Below are positions 12,636-25,169 of a stretch of DNA of 64,000 nucleotides, one piece after another. The position numbers and the translations under genes are program-made. Under the pieces are notes generated by a model. The model saw only the letters and a list, made by a program, of their open reading frames with translations, ran no database searches and was not told where the DNA came from. Origin of the DNA: Felis catus (Eukaryota); assembly GCF_018350175.1 (NCBI RefSeq), contig NC_058368.1:191148001-191212000 (forward strand), written 5' to 3'. Numbering within the stretch: position 1 is the stretch's first letter; every line of letters begins with the position of its first letter.

Positions 12636-13529
12636 ATGACCAAGCGGAAGAATTCCCCTCAGAAGAATCTCCAGGAAATAACAACAGCTAATGAGCTGAT
12701 CAAAAAGGATTTAAATAATATAACAGAAAGTGAATTTAGAATAATACTCATAAAATTAATCGCTGGGCTTGAAAACAGTATACAGGACAGCAGAGAATCT
12801 CTTGCTACAGAGATCAAGGGACTAAGGAACAGTCACGAGGAGCTGAAAAACGCTTTAAACGAAATGCATAACAAAATGGAAACCACCACAGCTCGGCTTG
12901 AAGAGGCAGAGGAGAGAATAGGTGAACTAGAGGATAAAGTTATGGAAAAAGAGGAAGCTGAGAAAAAGAGAGATAAAAAAATCCAGGAGTATGAGGGGAA
13001 AATTAGAGAACTAAGTGATACACTAAAAAGAAATAATATACGCATAATTGGTATCCCAGAGGAGGAAGAGAGAGGGAAAGGTGCTGAAGGGGTACTTGAA
13101 GAAATAATAGCTGAGAACTTCCCTGAACTGGGGAAGGAAAAAGGCATTGAAATCCAAGAGGCACAGAGAACTCCCTTCAGACGTAACTTGAATCGATCTT
13201 CTGCACGACATATCATAGTGAAACTGGCAAAATACAAGGATAAAGAGAAAATTCTGAAAGCAGCAAGGGGTAAACGTGCCCTCACATATAAAGGGAGACC
13301 TATAAGACTCGTGACTGATCTCTCTTTTGAAACTTGGCAGGCCAGAAAGAATTGGCACGAGATTTTCAGGGTGCTAGACAGAAAAAATATGCAGCCGAGA
13401 ATCCTTTACCCAGCAAGTCTGTCATTTAGAATAGAAGGAGAGATAAAGGTTTTCCCAAACAAACAAAAACTGAAGGAATTTGTCACCACTAAACCAGCCC
13501 TACAAGAGATCCTAAGGGGGACCCTGTGA
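12636..13529 (+). CDS. LINE-1 ORF1p, 297 aa RNA-binding chaperone (coiled coil, RRM, CTD)
   Basis: Uninterrupted ORF with a heptad-rich coiled coil and the conserved ORF1 motifs RRNNIRIIGIPE, ARHIIVK, PIRLVTDLS, ILYPASLSF and TKPALQEIL (first motif reads KRNNIRIIGIPE here). Confidence 0.96.
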   Translation: MTKRKNSPQKNLQEITTANELIKKDLNNITESEFRIILIKLIAGLENSIQDSRESLATEIKGLRNSHEELKNALNEMHNKMETTTARLEEAEERIGELEDKVMEKEEAEKKRDKKIQEYEGKIRELSDTLKRNNIRIIGIPEEEERGKGAEGVLEEIIAENFPELGKEKGIEIQEAQRTPFRRNLNRSSARHIIVKLAKYKDKEKILKAARGKRALTYKGRPIRLVTDLSFETWQARKNWHEIFRVLDRKNMQPRILYPASLSFRIEGEIKVFPNKQKLKEFVTTKPALQEILRGTL

Positions 13530-13579
13530 GACAAAGTCCCAGAGACATCACTACAAGCATAAAACATACAGACATCACA

Positions 13580-16500
13580 ATGACTCTAAACCCGTATCTT
13601 TCTATAATAACACTGAATGTAAATGGATTAAATGCACCAACCAAAAGACATAGGGTATCAGAATGGATAAAAAAACAAGACCCATCTATTTGCTGTCTAC
13701 AAGAGACTCATTTTAGACCTGAGGACACCTTTAGATTGAGAGTGAGGGGATGGAGAACTATTTATCATGCGACTGGAAGCCAAAAGAAAGCTGGAGTAGC
13801 CATACTTATATCAGACAAACTAGACTTTAAATTAAAGGCTGTAACAAGAGATGAAGAAGGACATTATATAATAGTTACAGGGTCTATCCATCAGGAAGAG
13901 CTAACAATTATAAATGTCTATGCGCCGAATACCGGAGCCCCCAAATATATAAAACAATTACTCATAAACATAAGCAACCTTATTGATAAGAATGTGGTAA
14001 TTGCAGGGGACTTTAACACCCCACTTACAGAAATGGACAGATCATCTAGACACACGGTCAATAAAGAAACAAGGGCCCTGAATGAGACATTGGATCAGAT
14101 GGACTTGACAGATATATTTAGAACTCTGCATCCCAAAGCAACAGAATATACTTTCTTCTCGAGTGCACATGGAACATTCTCCAAGATAGATCATATACTG
14201 GGTCACAAAACAGCCCTTCATAAGTTTACAAGAATTGAAATGATACCATGCATACTTTCAGACCACAATGCTATGAAGCTTGAAATCAACCACAGAAAAA
14301 AGTCTGGAAAACCTCCAAAGGCATGGAGGTTAAAGAACACCCTACTAACGAATGAGTGGGTCAACCAGGCAATTAGAGAAGAAATTAAAAAATATAGGGA
14401 AACAAACGAAAATGAAAATACAACAATCCAAACGCTTTGGGACGCAGCGAAGGCAGTCCTGAGAGGAAAATACATTGCAATCCAGGCCTATCTCAAGAAA
14501 CAAGAAAAATCCCAAATACAAAATCTAACAGCACACCTAAAGGAACTAGAAGCAGAACAGCAAAGGCAGCCTAAACCCAGCAGAAGAAGAGAAATAATAA
14601 AGATCAGAGCAGAAATAAACAATATAGAATCTAAAAAATCTGTAGAGCAGATCAACGAAACCAAGAGTTGGTTTTTTGAAAAATAAACAAAATTGACAAA
14701 CCTCTAGACAGGCTTCTCAAAGAGAAAAGGGAGATGACCCAAATAGATAAAATCATGAATGAAAATGGAATTATTACAACCAATCCCTCAGAGATACAAA
14801 CAATTATCAGGGAATACTATGAAAAATTATATGCCAACAAATTGGACAACCTGGAAGAAATGGACAAATTCCTGAACACTCACACTCTTCCAAAACTCAA
14901 TCAGGAGGAAATAGAAAGCTTGAACAGACCCATAACCAGAGAAGAAATTGAATCGGTTATCAAAAATCTCCCAACAAATAAGAGTCCAGGACCAGATGGC
15001 TTCCCAGGGGAGTTCTACCAGACGTTTAAAGCAGAGATAATACCTATCCTTCTCAAGCTATTCCAAGAAATAGAAAGGGAAGGAAAACTTCCAGACTCAT
15101 TCTATGAAGCCAGTGTTACTTTGATTCCTAAACCAGACAGAGACCCAGTAAAAAAAGAGAACTACAGGCCAATATCCCTGATGAATATGGATGCAAAAAT
15201 TCTCAATAAGATACTAGCAAATCGAATTCAACAGCATATAAAAAGAATTATTCACCATGATCAAGTGGGATTCATTCCTGGGATGCAGGGCTGGTTCAAC
15301 ATTCGCAAATCAATCAACGTGATACATCACATTAACAAAAAAAAAGAGAAGAACCATATGATCCTGTCAATCGATGCAGAAAAGGCCTTTGACAAAATCC
15401 AGCACCCTTTCTTAATAAAAACCCTTGAGAAAGTCGGGATAGAAGGAACATACTTAAAGATTATAAAAGCCATTTATGAAAAGCCCACAGCTAACATCAT
15501 CCTCAACGGGGAAAAACTGAGAGCTTTTTCCCTGAGATCAGGAACACGACAAGGATGCCCACTCTCACCGCTGCTGTTTAACATAGTGCTGGAAGTTCTA
15601 GCATCAGCAATCAGACAACAAAAGGAAATCAAAGGCATCAAAATTGGCAAAGATGAAGTCAAGCTTTCGCTTTTTGCAGATGACATGATATTATACATGG
15701 AAAATCCGATAGACTCCACCAAAAGTCTACTAGAACTGATACATGAATTCAGCAAAGTTGCAGGATACAAAATCAATGTACAGAAATCAGTTGCATTCTT
15801 ATACACTAACAATGAAGCAACAGAAAGACAAATAAAGAAACTGATCCCATTCACAATTGCACCAAGAAGCATAAAATACCTAGGAATAAATCTAACCAAA
15901 GATGTAAAGGATCTGTATGCTGAAAACTATAGAAAGCTTATGAAGGAAATTGAAGAAGATTTAAAGAAATGGAAAGACATTCCCTGCTCATGGATTGGAA
16001 AAATAAATATTGTCAAAATGTCAATACTACCCAAAGCTATCTACACATTCAATGCAATCCCAATCAAAATTGTACCAGCATTCTTCTCGGAACTAGATCA
16101 AGCAATCCTAAAATTCATATGGAACCACAAAAGGCCCCGAATAGCCAAAGGAGTTTTGAAGAAGAAGACCAAAGCAGGAGGCATCACAATCCCAGACTTT
16201 AGCCTCTACTACAAAGCTGTCATCATCAAGACAGCATGGTATTGGCACAGAAACAGACACATAGACCAATGGAATAGAATAGAAACCCCAGAACTAGACC
16301 CACAAACGTATGGCCAACTCATCTTTGACAAAGCAGGAAAGAACATCCAGTGGAAAAAAGACAGCCTCTTTAACAAATGGTGCTGGGAGAACTGGACAGC
16401 AACATGCAGAAGGTTGAAACTAGACCACTTTCTCACACCATTCACAAAAATAAACTCCAAATGGATAAAGGACCTAAATGTGAGACAGGAAACCATCAAA

Positions 16501-17400
16501 ACCGCAGAGGAGAAAGCAGGAAAAGACCTCTCTGACCTCAGCCGTAGCAATCTCTTACTCGACACATCCCCAAAGGCAAGGGAATTAAAAGCAAAAGTGA
16601 ATTACTGGGACCTTATGAAGATAAAAAGCTTCTGCACAGCAAAGGAAACAACCAACAAAACTAAAAGGCAACCAACGGAATGGGAAAAGATATTCGCAAA
16701 TGACATATCGGACAAAGGGCTAGTATCCAAAATCTATAAAGAGCTCACCAAACTCCACACCCGAAAAACAAATAACCCACTGAAGAAATGGGCAGAAAAC
16801 ATGAATAGACACTTCTCTAAAGAAGACATCTGGATGGCCAACAGGCACATGAAAAGATGCTCAGCGTCGCTCCTTATCAGGGAAATACAAATCAAAACCA
16901 CACTCAGGTATCACCTCACGCCAGTCAGAGTGGCCAAAATGAACAAATCAGGAGACTCTAGATGCTGGAGAGGATGTGGAGAAACGGGAACCCTCTTGCA
17001 CTGTTGGTGGGAATGCAAATTGGTGCAGCCCCTCTGGAAAGGGTGGAGGTTCCTCAGAAAATTAAAAATAGACCTACCCTATGACCCAGCAATAGCACTG
17101 CTAGGAATTTATCCAAGGGATACAGGAGTACTGATGTATAGGGCCACTTGTACCCCAATGTTCATAGCAGCACTCTCAACAATAGCCAAATTATGGAAAG
17201 AGCCTAAATGTCCATCAACTGATGAATGGATAAAGAAATTGTGGTTTATATACACAATGGAATATTACGTGGCAATGAGAAAAAATGAAATATGGCCTTT
17301 TGTAGCAACATGGATGGAACTGGAGAGTGTGATGCTAAGTGAAATAAGCCATACAGAGAAAGACAGATACCATATGGTTTCACTCTTATGTGGACCCTGA
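13580..17400 (+). pseudogene. LINE-1 ORF2 (EN + RT + Cys-rich domain) with a single 1-bp deletion at 14679-14683
   Basis: ATG at 13580 (MTLNPYLSIITLNVNGLN). EN motifs CLQETH, GDFNTPL, KIDHILG and SDHNA. RT motifs QGCPLSP and FADD (15673-15684). CCHC motif CWRGC...HCWWEC. GAA AAA TAA replaces the expected GAA AAA ATA; one extra A gives a continuous 1273-aa ORF reading [13 protein letters not shown]. Apparent one-codon loss at ~17035-17046 (LWKGWR vs usual LWKTVWR). Confidence 0.95.
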
Positions 17401-17650
17401 GAAATTAACAGGAACCCATGGGGGAGGGGAAGGAAAAAAAAAAAACAGGTTAGAGTGGGAGAGAGCCAAAGCATAAGAGACTCTTAAAAACTGAGAACAA
17501 ACTGAGGGTTGATGGGGGGTGGGAGGGAGGAGAGGGTGGGTGTTGGGTATTGAGGAGGGCACCTTTTGGGATGAGCACTGGGTGTTGTATGGAAACTAAT
17601 TTGTCAATAAATTTCATATAAAAAAAATAAAAAATAAATAAATAAATAAG

Positions 17651-17685
<35 letters not shown>

Positions 17686-17815
17686 AAAAGGTTATCTGGA
17701 ATTCATTCATTTTTGTTTTAGAGCTGGCACCTGTTTATAGTTTATATTTTACACCTGTTTATAGTATATATTGTTGTTCAGAGATAAAGAACTAAAGGTC
17801 CCAGTATCTTCTTTT

Positions 17816-18039
17816 TTTTTTTCTAATTTTTTTTTTCAACGTTTATTTATTTTTGGGACAGAGAGAGACAGAGCATGAACGGGGGAGGGGCAGAGAGAGA
17901 GGGAGACACAGAATCGGAAACAGGCTCCAGGCTCTGAGCCATCAGCCCAGAGCCTGACGCGGGGCTCAAACTCACGGACCGTGAGATCGTGACCTGGCTG
18001 AAGTCGGACGCTCAATCGACTGCGCCACCCAGGCGCCCC
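17816..18039 (-). mobile_element. Young feliform Can-SINE
   Basis: Near-consensus, CpG-rich; TSD CCAGTATCTTCTTTT at 17801-17815 and 18042-18056. Confidence 0.96.
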
Positions 18040-20724
18040 AGCCAGTATCTTCTTTTAAAGCATCATCTTTCACAACCTATCACCTTGTAACTATCCCAAG
18101 CTGAAGTCAAATAAGGATTAAAAGGGAGTGGGTATTGATGCAAAAATAATGTTTTTTGAAGGCAGACATATTTAAAATGAAAAAACCATAAGCAATCGAT
18201 TTTTCACATATAATTACAAAACATATTACCACAATCTTTTGCAGACTCCAACATAAGATAAAGAAAGCCCTCAGACTTCTAAAGGTCTGTGAAATCAGTC
18301 AGAATGATTATTTTATATTACAAATAATTCCTGATGTTTGAAGGATAAACACATGGTGTTCTTCACCTGCTCCCCAAAGTAAACAAAACAGGACACATCA
18401 TTTTCTTTAAAAAAGTCACTAAAAATAACTAAAATATTAGAATTACATTGAAATTAAGATTTCAAAACAGAACATAGCTTGCTATGGGTGAGCAAGACTT
18501 TTTTTTTTTTCCTTCAAGGTTCTTTATCTCCTGGCCTATAAAAAAATGGCATAAGGTATTCCTTAGAGATACATCCATTTTTCCTTGCCATTCTTCACAT
18601 CTGTAGTGTATTTCTATTTGAACAAAGCCCATAAGTAAATAACTCTATGTACTTTGTCCTTAGATTTGACTCCAGCATCTCTAAAACTAGACGGTTTGCC
18701 TGGTTGCAGTTGATAAAATGGGAGAATACACAACTGACATCCGAAATCTGTGAGCAGGTAGAGTCAGACATGCTGTCACCAAGCACTAAGCCACCACCAC
18801 CGCTAAAAACAACATTCAGGTAACAACCTGAATTCCATACCCACCACACTAAGCTAAAACCAAAAGAAAATAACAAGATTGCAACCATCTTTCCGAAAGT
18901 GGCTCATCTGACATGGGATAGCAGTTCTACATATACTAGTCAAATAATTTCTTTTAGTTATCCTCAAAATAAGAGTAATGATCCAGTGAAAAGTAGCACT
19001 TAAGTGTGTATTTAGCTAAGGAACATCCTTAGCTAAAGGAACATCCTTAACTAAATACATTTGAAACGAGCACTAATCTTTACTCTTCCAATTGAGAGCA
19101 AAGTAATTTTGTATCCTGTAAGTATAACGTAATGTATTTTCCTCATTATTGATTAGTACCAACAAAATTATATTAATTGACCTTCATAAGAAGTCTAAAT
19201 AGCAGCATATCTTTCTAGGGCCCATGACTTCCAAGTGAATTTATTTGGATCACATTTCCATTTTTCTTTCACATATAAGTAGTTACTGACTCCCTATTTA
19301 TTTTTTCAAAAGATAAATTAAAACCAGAAACTCCTTCTTGTGTTTTCTTTTCCACAGAGTCAGTCTCTTAGAATGATGCATTATCCTAGATTAATTATTA
19401 CATCTTTGGATAATATTCTTTTCAGGAGAACAAGAATATGATTAAAACTGGCTCTGTGTGCACAACAGAAATTAGACTATATTGGTGATAAAAACCTATT
19501 GTAGTTGATGATTTGGTAGACAGTATGGCACACAAAATACTTCTTTTTCTGAATAAAATGCTCTCACAAAGAGCTAGATGCATTTGTATTTTTATTCTAC
19601 TTCTTCAGTTGATTTTTTTAACTACTTTCTTTACTCCTTTTGTTTGTTTTTCTCTGCATTCAGAATGGACAAACGTCTAAAATAAACTCTTCAAAGACTG
19701 CCTAGATACCAAGAAAATTCATGATTATATGACTAATGAATACTTAGTGATTACACCTAAATACAGTTCACCATAAATATTCTTGGTTATTTTTATAGTG
19801 TCTTTTCCTTACTCACCAGCCAAATCAATTCTAGGCCACCAAGTTTGTTGGTATTATTGACATATTGGTCTGTCATCAACTGATTTTATAATGTTGCTTC
19901 ATTTAATACATCCCATCTTAACTAAATCAAGTTCTTGCCCTGGACTTATTGATCTCTCCCGATAGGTTCCCTGTTTTTCCTTCCTCATCACTTTTTGATC
20001 TTTCCACTCCTAGTCCCAAACCCTTGGCACAAGGCATCTCCAAAAAGTCAATTTTCAGCCATAACTCACCCTGAGTCTGCACTCCCTCCCACAAAAGCTA
20101 TTCTTACAACCTCAACTATTATCTGTGCCCTCTGGAACTTCAGACGAGAAACCATGAAGGCTTGTTGGATGCCTTTTTTTCACCACTCACTCACATGTGG
20201 AATTTTAAGGTCCCCTGGTGGGTCCTTCACAATATAATTGCAACCATGCTCTTCCCATTCTCCCCATTCTCGGCACCATAACCCAATACTGTCCCACCAT
20301 CTGAAACTCAAAATACTGTGGAAATACCAAAATTTCAGACTTCAAACTACATCCCTCAGTTTGTGTCTCATACCTGAATTACCATAAACCTCTTGGATGA
20401 CAAATGCAATAGTGAAAACTATAGATAGATCAAAAGCCCTGCCCAACCACAGGGGCTAAACCCATGAGCGGATGAGGTAGGCAGCAGGAGGCCACAGTAG
20501 CAGTATCTTTTGCAGGACCTCAAGATGTTGAAAATACCATCACTGGAATACCTATCCCTCCAGTTTTATACAATGGATCGAACATTCACTGACAAGTGGA
20601 AAAGCCGGACTACCAGAGAGGAAACTAGGCAGAATATGATGAAGGCCTGGGAGGTAATGTTTGATAATCATGTGTCCATTACTGTTTCATAGATCTCTTT
20701 ATTCTACTCAGATTAATTTCTAAT

Positions 20725-20935
20725 TTTTTTAACATCTATTTATTATTGAGAGACAGAGAGAGACAGAGCGTGAGCGGGGGAGGGGCAGAGAGAGGAGGAG
20801 ACACAGAATCCGAAGCAGGCTCCAGGTTCCGAGCTGTCAGCACAGAGCCCAATGCGGTGCTCGAATTCACGAACTGCGAGATCATGATCTGAGCCGAAGT
20901 CGGAGGCTCAACCGACTGAGCCACCCAGGCGCCCC
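20725..20935 (-). mobile_element. Can-SINE
   Basis: Perfect 20-bp TSD TACTCAGATTAATTTCTAAT at 20705-20724 and 20938-20957. Confidence 0.96.
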
Positions 20936-21337
20936 GATACTCAGATTAATTTCTAATGCTGCTACCCCGACTCATTCTAATTTCTCTGCTATACTCCCCA
21001 GTAACCTACTTTCATCTTCCCATTCATAAGGAACGCCATTCCTTCCTACCACACCCCTTTTTTTAAATGAAAAGTTCAAGTCTTACATCTCATGGCCTGT
21101 GACAAATCTTAACCTCCTCCCAGAGAGCGTCACAGAAGCCACCGAGCAAAGATGTTATAAACTAGATCTGCGTACCCAGAATGCCTGGGTTCAGAAGTTG
21201 TTTCCCCTATGTCGTACAGTGTGGTGTAGGGCAAGTTACTAGACTTCTCTGAGCTTCGGATTCTTTATCTGTTAAAAAAAAAATGTGGCAGGGGTGGGAG
21301 GTATAAAAAGTACCCAATAAAAGGGTTACTCCAAATA

Positions 21338-21389
21338 CTCACTCTCTGCCACTCCCCTGCTATCTTTCTCTTAAAATAAACATTTACAA

Positions 21390-21456
<67 letters not shown>
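21338..21456 (+). repeat. Can-SINE tail remnant ending in a (GAAA)n microsatellite, inside a MIR
   Basis: CTCTCTGCCACTCCCCTGCT...AAAATAAAACATTT followed by ~16 GAAA units (~21392-21456). Confidence 0.75.
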
Positions 21457-21457
<1 letters not shown>

Positions 21458-22039
21458 CCTGTGAAAGTAGAAAAGAATGATTTAAAAAAAAATATTCAAT
21501 GAGATAATCCATTTGAAAAGCTGAGCACTTAGCCTGGCACAAAATATGAGCTTAATACCTGTCAGACATTGTCATTAGCATCGTTATTTTTCTCCCCATC
21601 CCTGAGTGTTTTCCTTCTTCTATGAATTACTGTAATACATCAACATTTCAAAGTATTCTGGAACTTTCTTAATTTAAAATCAGGTAGGCTGCTAGTTCAT
21701 TTTGTATACAGATCTTGCTTTGCCAGTGAGTTAAAGTTTTAAGGGCAGAAACCATGTCCTCAATTCTTTGTTCCTCCTCCAATGATTATATTAGTGCTGT
21801 TAGTGACAACAGTCATCAGGCACTGTACTTATCATTTTTAATACAGTTGATGCAGGCGACCATTTTAACATTGCCAGAAAGGAGTTTCCATCTCCCTTTT
21901 AGAGGCAAGGGAACAAAAGCAGGAAGGGTTATTAAACAGAGAGCAATGCACTGAACAGGTGCTTTCATGCTTTTAAAATTTACTTCTATAACCTAGCCAG
22001 AGCCAAAGGCATAATAGCATGATCTAAAACGCATCCCAT

Positions 22040-22760
22040 CACTAAGCATTTTTTAACAGTGTTTTGTAATAGCACTGTGCCAGGTACTATAGCTTTAAAG
22101 ATTAAGTAGGACCTGGTCCCTGACCTCGAGATGATTGTGGTTTTAGTTGGCAAACTAAAAAATTAACCAAATAACAGGAGTATTTGATTGCTGTCACATT
22201 AGATCCTTGGTGCTACAGAAACACAGAAGAACAGGATTTTGGGAGGGTTAATGGACATCACAAAGCATTCTAGGTAGAAGGAAGAATACAGGCAGAGGTG
22301 TGGGGGAGGGTGGGAAGGGCACAGTAGGCCACTTAGGGAAGCACGAAAAGATCCCATATAAACGCCTGGGGTTAGTGGTGACAAGTCTGAAAATGAAAGA
22401 AGAAAAAAGACATTTCATGTCCCAAATGAAGTCAATTGGACTTTCGTGAGTGATGAGAAATCACACAGGTTTTTAAGCAGTTAGGAGGGATGGGCACGGA
22501 TGAAAGGAGAAGTCGAGAGCATGATCAGATTTGATTCTAGAACCAAGCACTTCAGAAGTCATTTGGAAGACAGATTGCAAAGGGCAACTTTGGAGTCTGT
22601 ATTAGTACAAGAGGGAAATGATGATGGCCTGAACGAAAATACTGGCAGTGGGAAGCAAAACAATGGGATAGAAGAAAGAGATATTTAAAAGACGGAAATA
22701 ATGATTGAGATCATCAATTAACTATGAGTTATGATGGAAGAATCTAGAAAGAGGCCAAAT
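22040..22760 (-). mobile_element. L2 fragment
   Basis: Decayed L2-like sequence (GGTCCCTGACCTCGAG..., TTTTAAGCAG..., ATGATGGCCTGAAC). Confidence 0.5.
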
Positions 22761-22899
22761 ATTTATATTGGAATACTCTGCTTTCATCTACATATTCTAA
22801 CTTTGTGGCTACTAGGAAATAAAGTGTTAAGAGAAAACAATCCATGAACAAATTGTGAGAGGAAACTGCCACATATGACTATTGCCTTTGCTCTTGAGA

Positions 22900-23311
22900 A
22901 CATTTATGGATTCACTTCAATTCTTAAAACAATCACAAAGCTTACCCAGGCCTCCAGAACAGCATGGTGTATATGGCTCAGTGTGATCTGGCCCCTGCCC
23001 ACATCTCTGGTTCCATCTTGTATTCCTCTTCCACATAATTCACCATGCTCCATCGGCCCCGACCTACCATTTGTTCCTTCAACTTGACGTGTTCCTCCAA
23101 TGGAATGCTCTTTCCTTATACTCCCTTACTACTGGCTCTTAACTCAAAGTTCCCCTTCTCCAAGAGGCTTTCTGCAACCATTTACCTAAATAAAGCAAGC
23201 CTCTCCCTTCTACAAACCCATTACCCTCTTCAATTTATTTCATATTTCTCATCTCTATCAAAAGTATTTTGTTTTCCATTGGTTGTCTTAATTGTAATTT
23301 GAACTCCACAA

Positions 23312-23356
<45 letters not shown>

Positions 23357-23425
23357 TTTTTTGCTTTGCTCACTACTACACCATGAATGCAGTGCCTGGC
23401 ACATAGTAAGCACACAATAAATACC
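22900..23425 (+). mobile_element. L2 3' fragment with (CA)n at ~23313-23354
   Basis: TGATCTGGCCCCTGCCCACATCTC...CAGTGCCTGGCACATAGTAAGCACACAATAAATA. Confidence 0.65.
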
Positions 23426-24300
23426 GAACTGTTTCAACTGCCCAGACTACAGCTCTGTGTACTTTATAATGCACTTCGATATCCATTAAGCCCCTGATAT
23501 AAATTCAGCAAGAATTTAAGCTCATTGTATGCATAAGGAAACTGAGACTTAACAAGGTTTCCTGACTTTGTAAAGTCACATAACTATTAATTGTAGGTGC
23601 ACTACAAAGAACTTAATTTTCCATATGATTGATCATCATTTAAAAACTACAGACTTTTTAAAATTTACTATCAAAGGGATAATGATTAAAGGTCAAGTTA
23701 GCCATGAAAGAAGTTATTACTTCATTATTCTAAAGAAAAGGAAATAAATTTAGCTATTTAACATAGTTTGGGGAATTTTAGGATTTCACTAAGATTTCTG
23801 CATCAAAATTAGTTAAAAGGGCATTAGAATGGGGGAATCAGAAATGATTCTATGCACGAAAGCAACAATGTTGAAGACATCACTTGAGTCTGTGTATTGA
23901 AACACATGTAAATGCTTATGAACTTACTGGACTGATTTATCCCCTTTTTCCTGGATGTTATATAGCATTTGGCAAAATGACGATCACTTTTCTTTTCACT
24001 TTTATTCTTTTTAGTTGAGTAGCTGCTTATTTGTGCTTCTTTCATTTATTTTGGTCAAGAGAAAAAAAAAATGACATTAATTTGGGTATTTGTGTATTTG
24101 TGTGGGCATTAATCCTCTAGAGAACTATAGCTATCCTCAAGATCTTGCAAGGAAGATTAGTAAAAAAAAAAAAACTTAAAAATAATTTTCTATTGCATTC
24201 CAGGAAATGACATTTTTGGCAAGTGAACATGATTCTTTCTTGGTCTTTTAATTTTGGTTTATATAATAAAGCGGGTTATAATCCAGTAGTACTGAAATTT

Positions 24301-24521
24301 TTCTTTAAATTTTTAATGTTTATTTTTGAGAAAGACATAGAGACACAGCATGAGCAGGGGAGGGGAAGGGGTATGGAAAGAGGGAGACAAAGAATATGAA
24401 GCACACTCCAGGCTCTGAGCTGTTTGCACAGAGCCTGACACAGGGCTCGAACCCACGAACCATAAGATCATGACCTGAGCTGAAGTCAGATGCCTAACTG
24501 GCTGAGCCACCCAGGTGCCCC
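24301..24521 (-). mobile_element. Can-SINE
   Basis: TSD CAGTAGTA(C/T)TGAAATTT at 24284-24300 and 24521-24537. Confidence 0.94.
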
Positions 24522-25169
24522 AGTAGTATTGAAATTTTAAAAACCGACTCATATTGGCCCAAAATTTTCCAGGATTCAGAAATTTCAATTTTTTACTACT
24601 AGTCGATCCTAATTTGCTTAATACTGACTTGCCATGTCAAAGATTTTAAGAATAGCTAAGGGGTTCTTAAGGCGATGTTTGAACTTAAATAAACAGGATC
24701 AAATTCATGTTAATCTTCATTAATTCACATAAAATTTGGTAAGGTAATAGCGGTTCTTCCCTTATAAACTCAAACGATGATGTTTAACTGCATTCGGAAC
24801 AGCTTATCTCTATCAATTTCTTCTCATTCCAGTGTTGCCAATAATGTATTGAAGATAAAAAAGAAATAAGGCAAATACATGCAAAAAGTCTGTATTAAAA
24901 TTTTTACAATAAATTATGAAAACACTTCTCTTTCAAGAGCTCACACTTTTTGGGATTGGTGGATATTTCGTCGGAAAGAAAGAACTGGAGGATTATTCAA
25001 AGGGAAAAAAAATCATGTGGATAAGAGCTCAACTGTCACATAAGTCCCCTGCAGATCAAAAGGTTATTTTCCATAAGTCTGGAAAGGATTCCACTGGATA
25101 GAAAAGTTGAATGGTAACATTTCAATTAAAAAGTACTCTATATAGGTCAGGAAGTCAGAGAAATTTGAA

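Larger units (their letters stand above)
11825..17683 (+). mobile_element. Young, near full-length LINE-1 (felid L1): CpG-rich 5'UTR, ORF1, frameshifted ORF2, G-rich 3'UTR, (TAAA)n tail
   Basis: Perfect TSD AAAAAAGGTTATCTGGA at 11808-11824 and 17684-17700, preceded by TTT (L1 endonuclease TT/AAAA site). ORF1 and ORF2 are in tandem with a 50-bp spacer. A-rich tail 17619-17683. Confidence 0.98.

Noticed and set aside
11679..12691. Many overlapping ORFs (60-168 aa) on both strands of the L1 5'UTR, as possible ORF0 analogues
   Set aside because: Expected in GC-rich sequence with few stop codons. Several use non-ATG starts, none has recognisable motifs, and ORF0 is described only for primate L1.
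13526..13579. GTG-started 18-aa N-terminal extension of ORF2 in the ORF track
   Set aside because: Homology to ORF2p begins at ATG 13580; the extension is the inter-ORF spacer.
12833..16565. Antisense ORFs of 85-150 aa within L1 ORF1 and ORF2
   Set aside because: Shadow frames of the A-rich L1 coding strand.
18595..18888. 97-aa minus-strand ORF with a pyrimidine-rich acceptor near 18856
   Set aside because: No convincing donor site and no recognisable product. It remains an alternative reading of the unique segment listed under findings.
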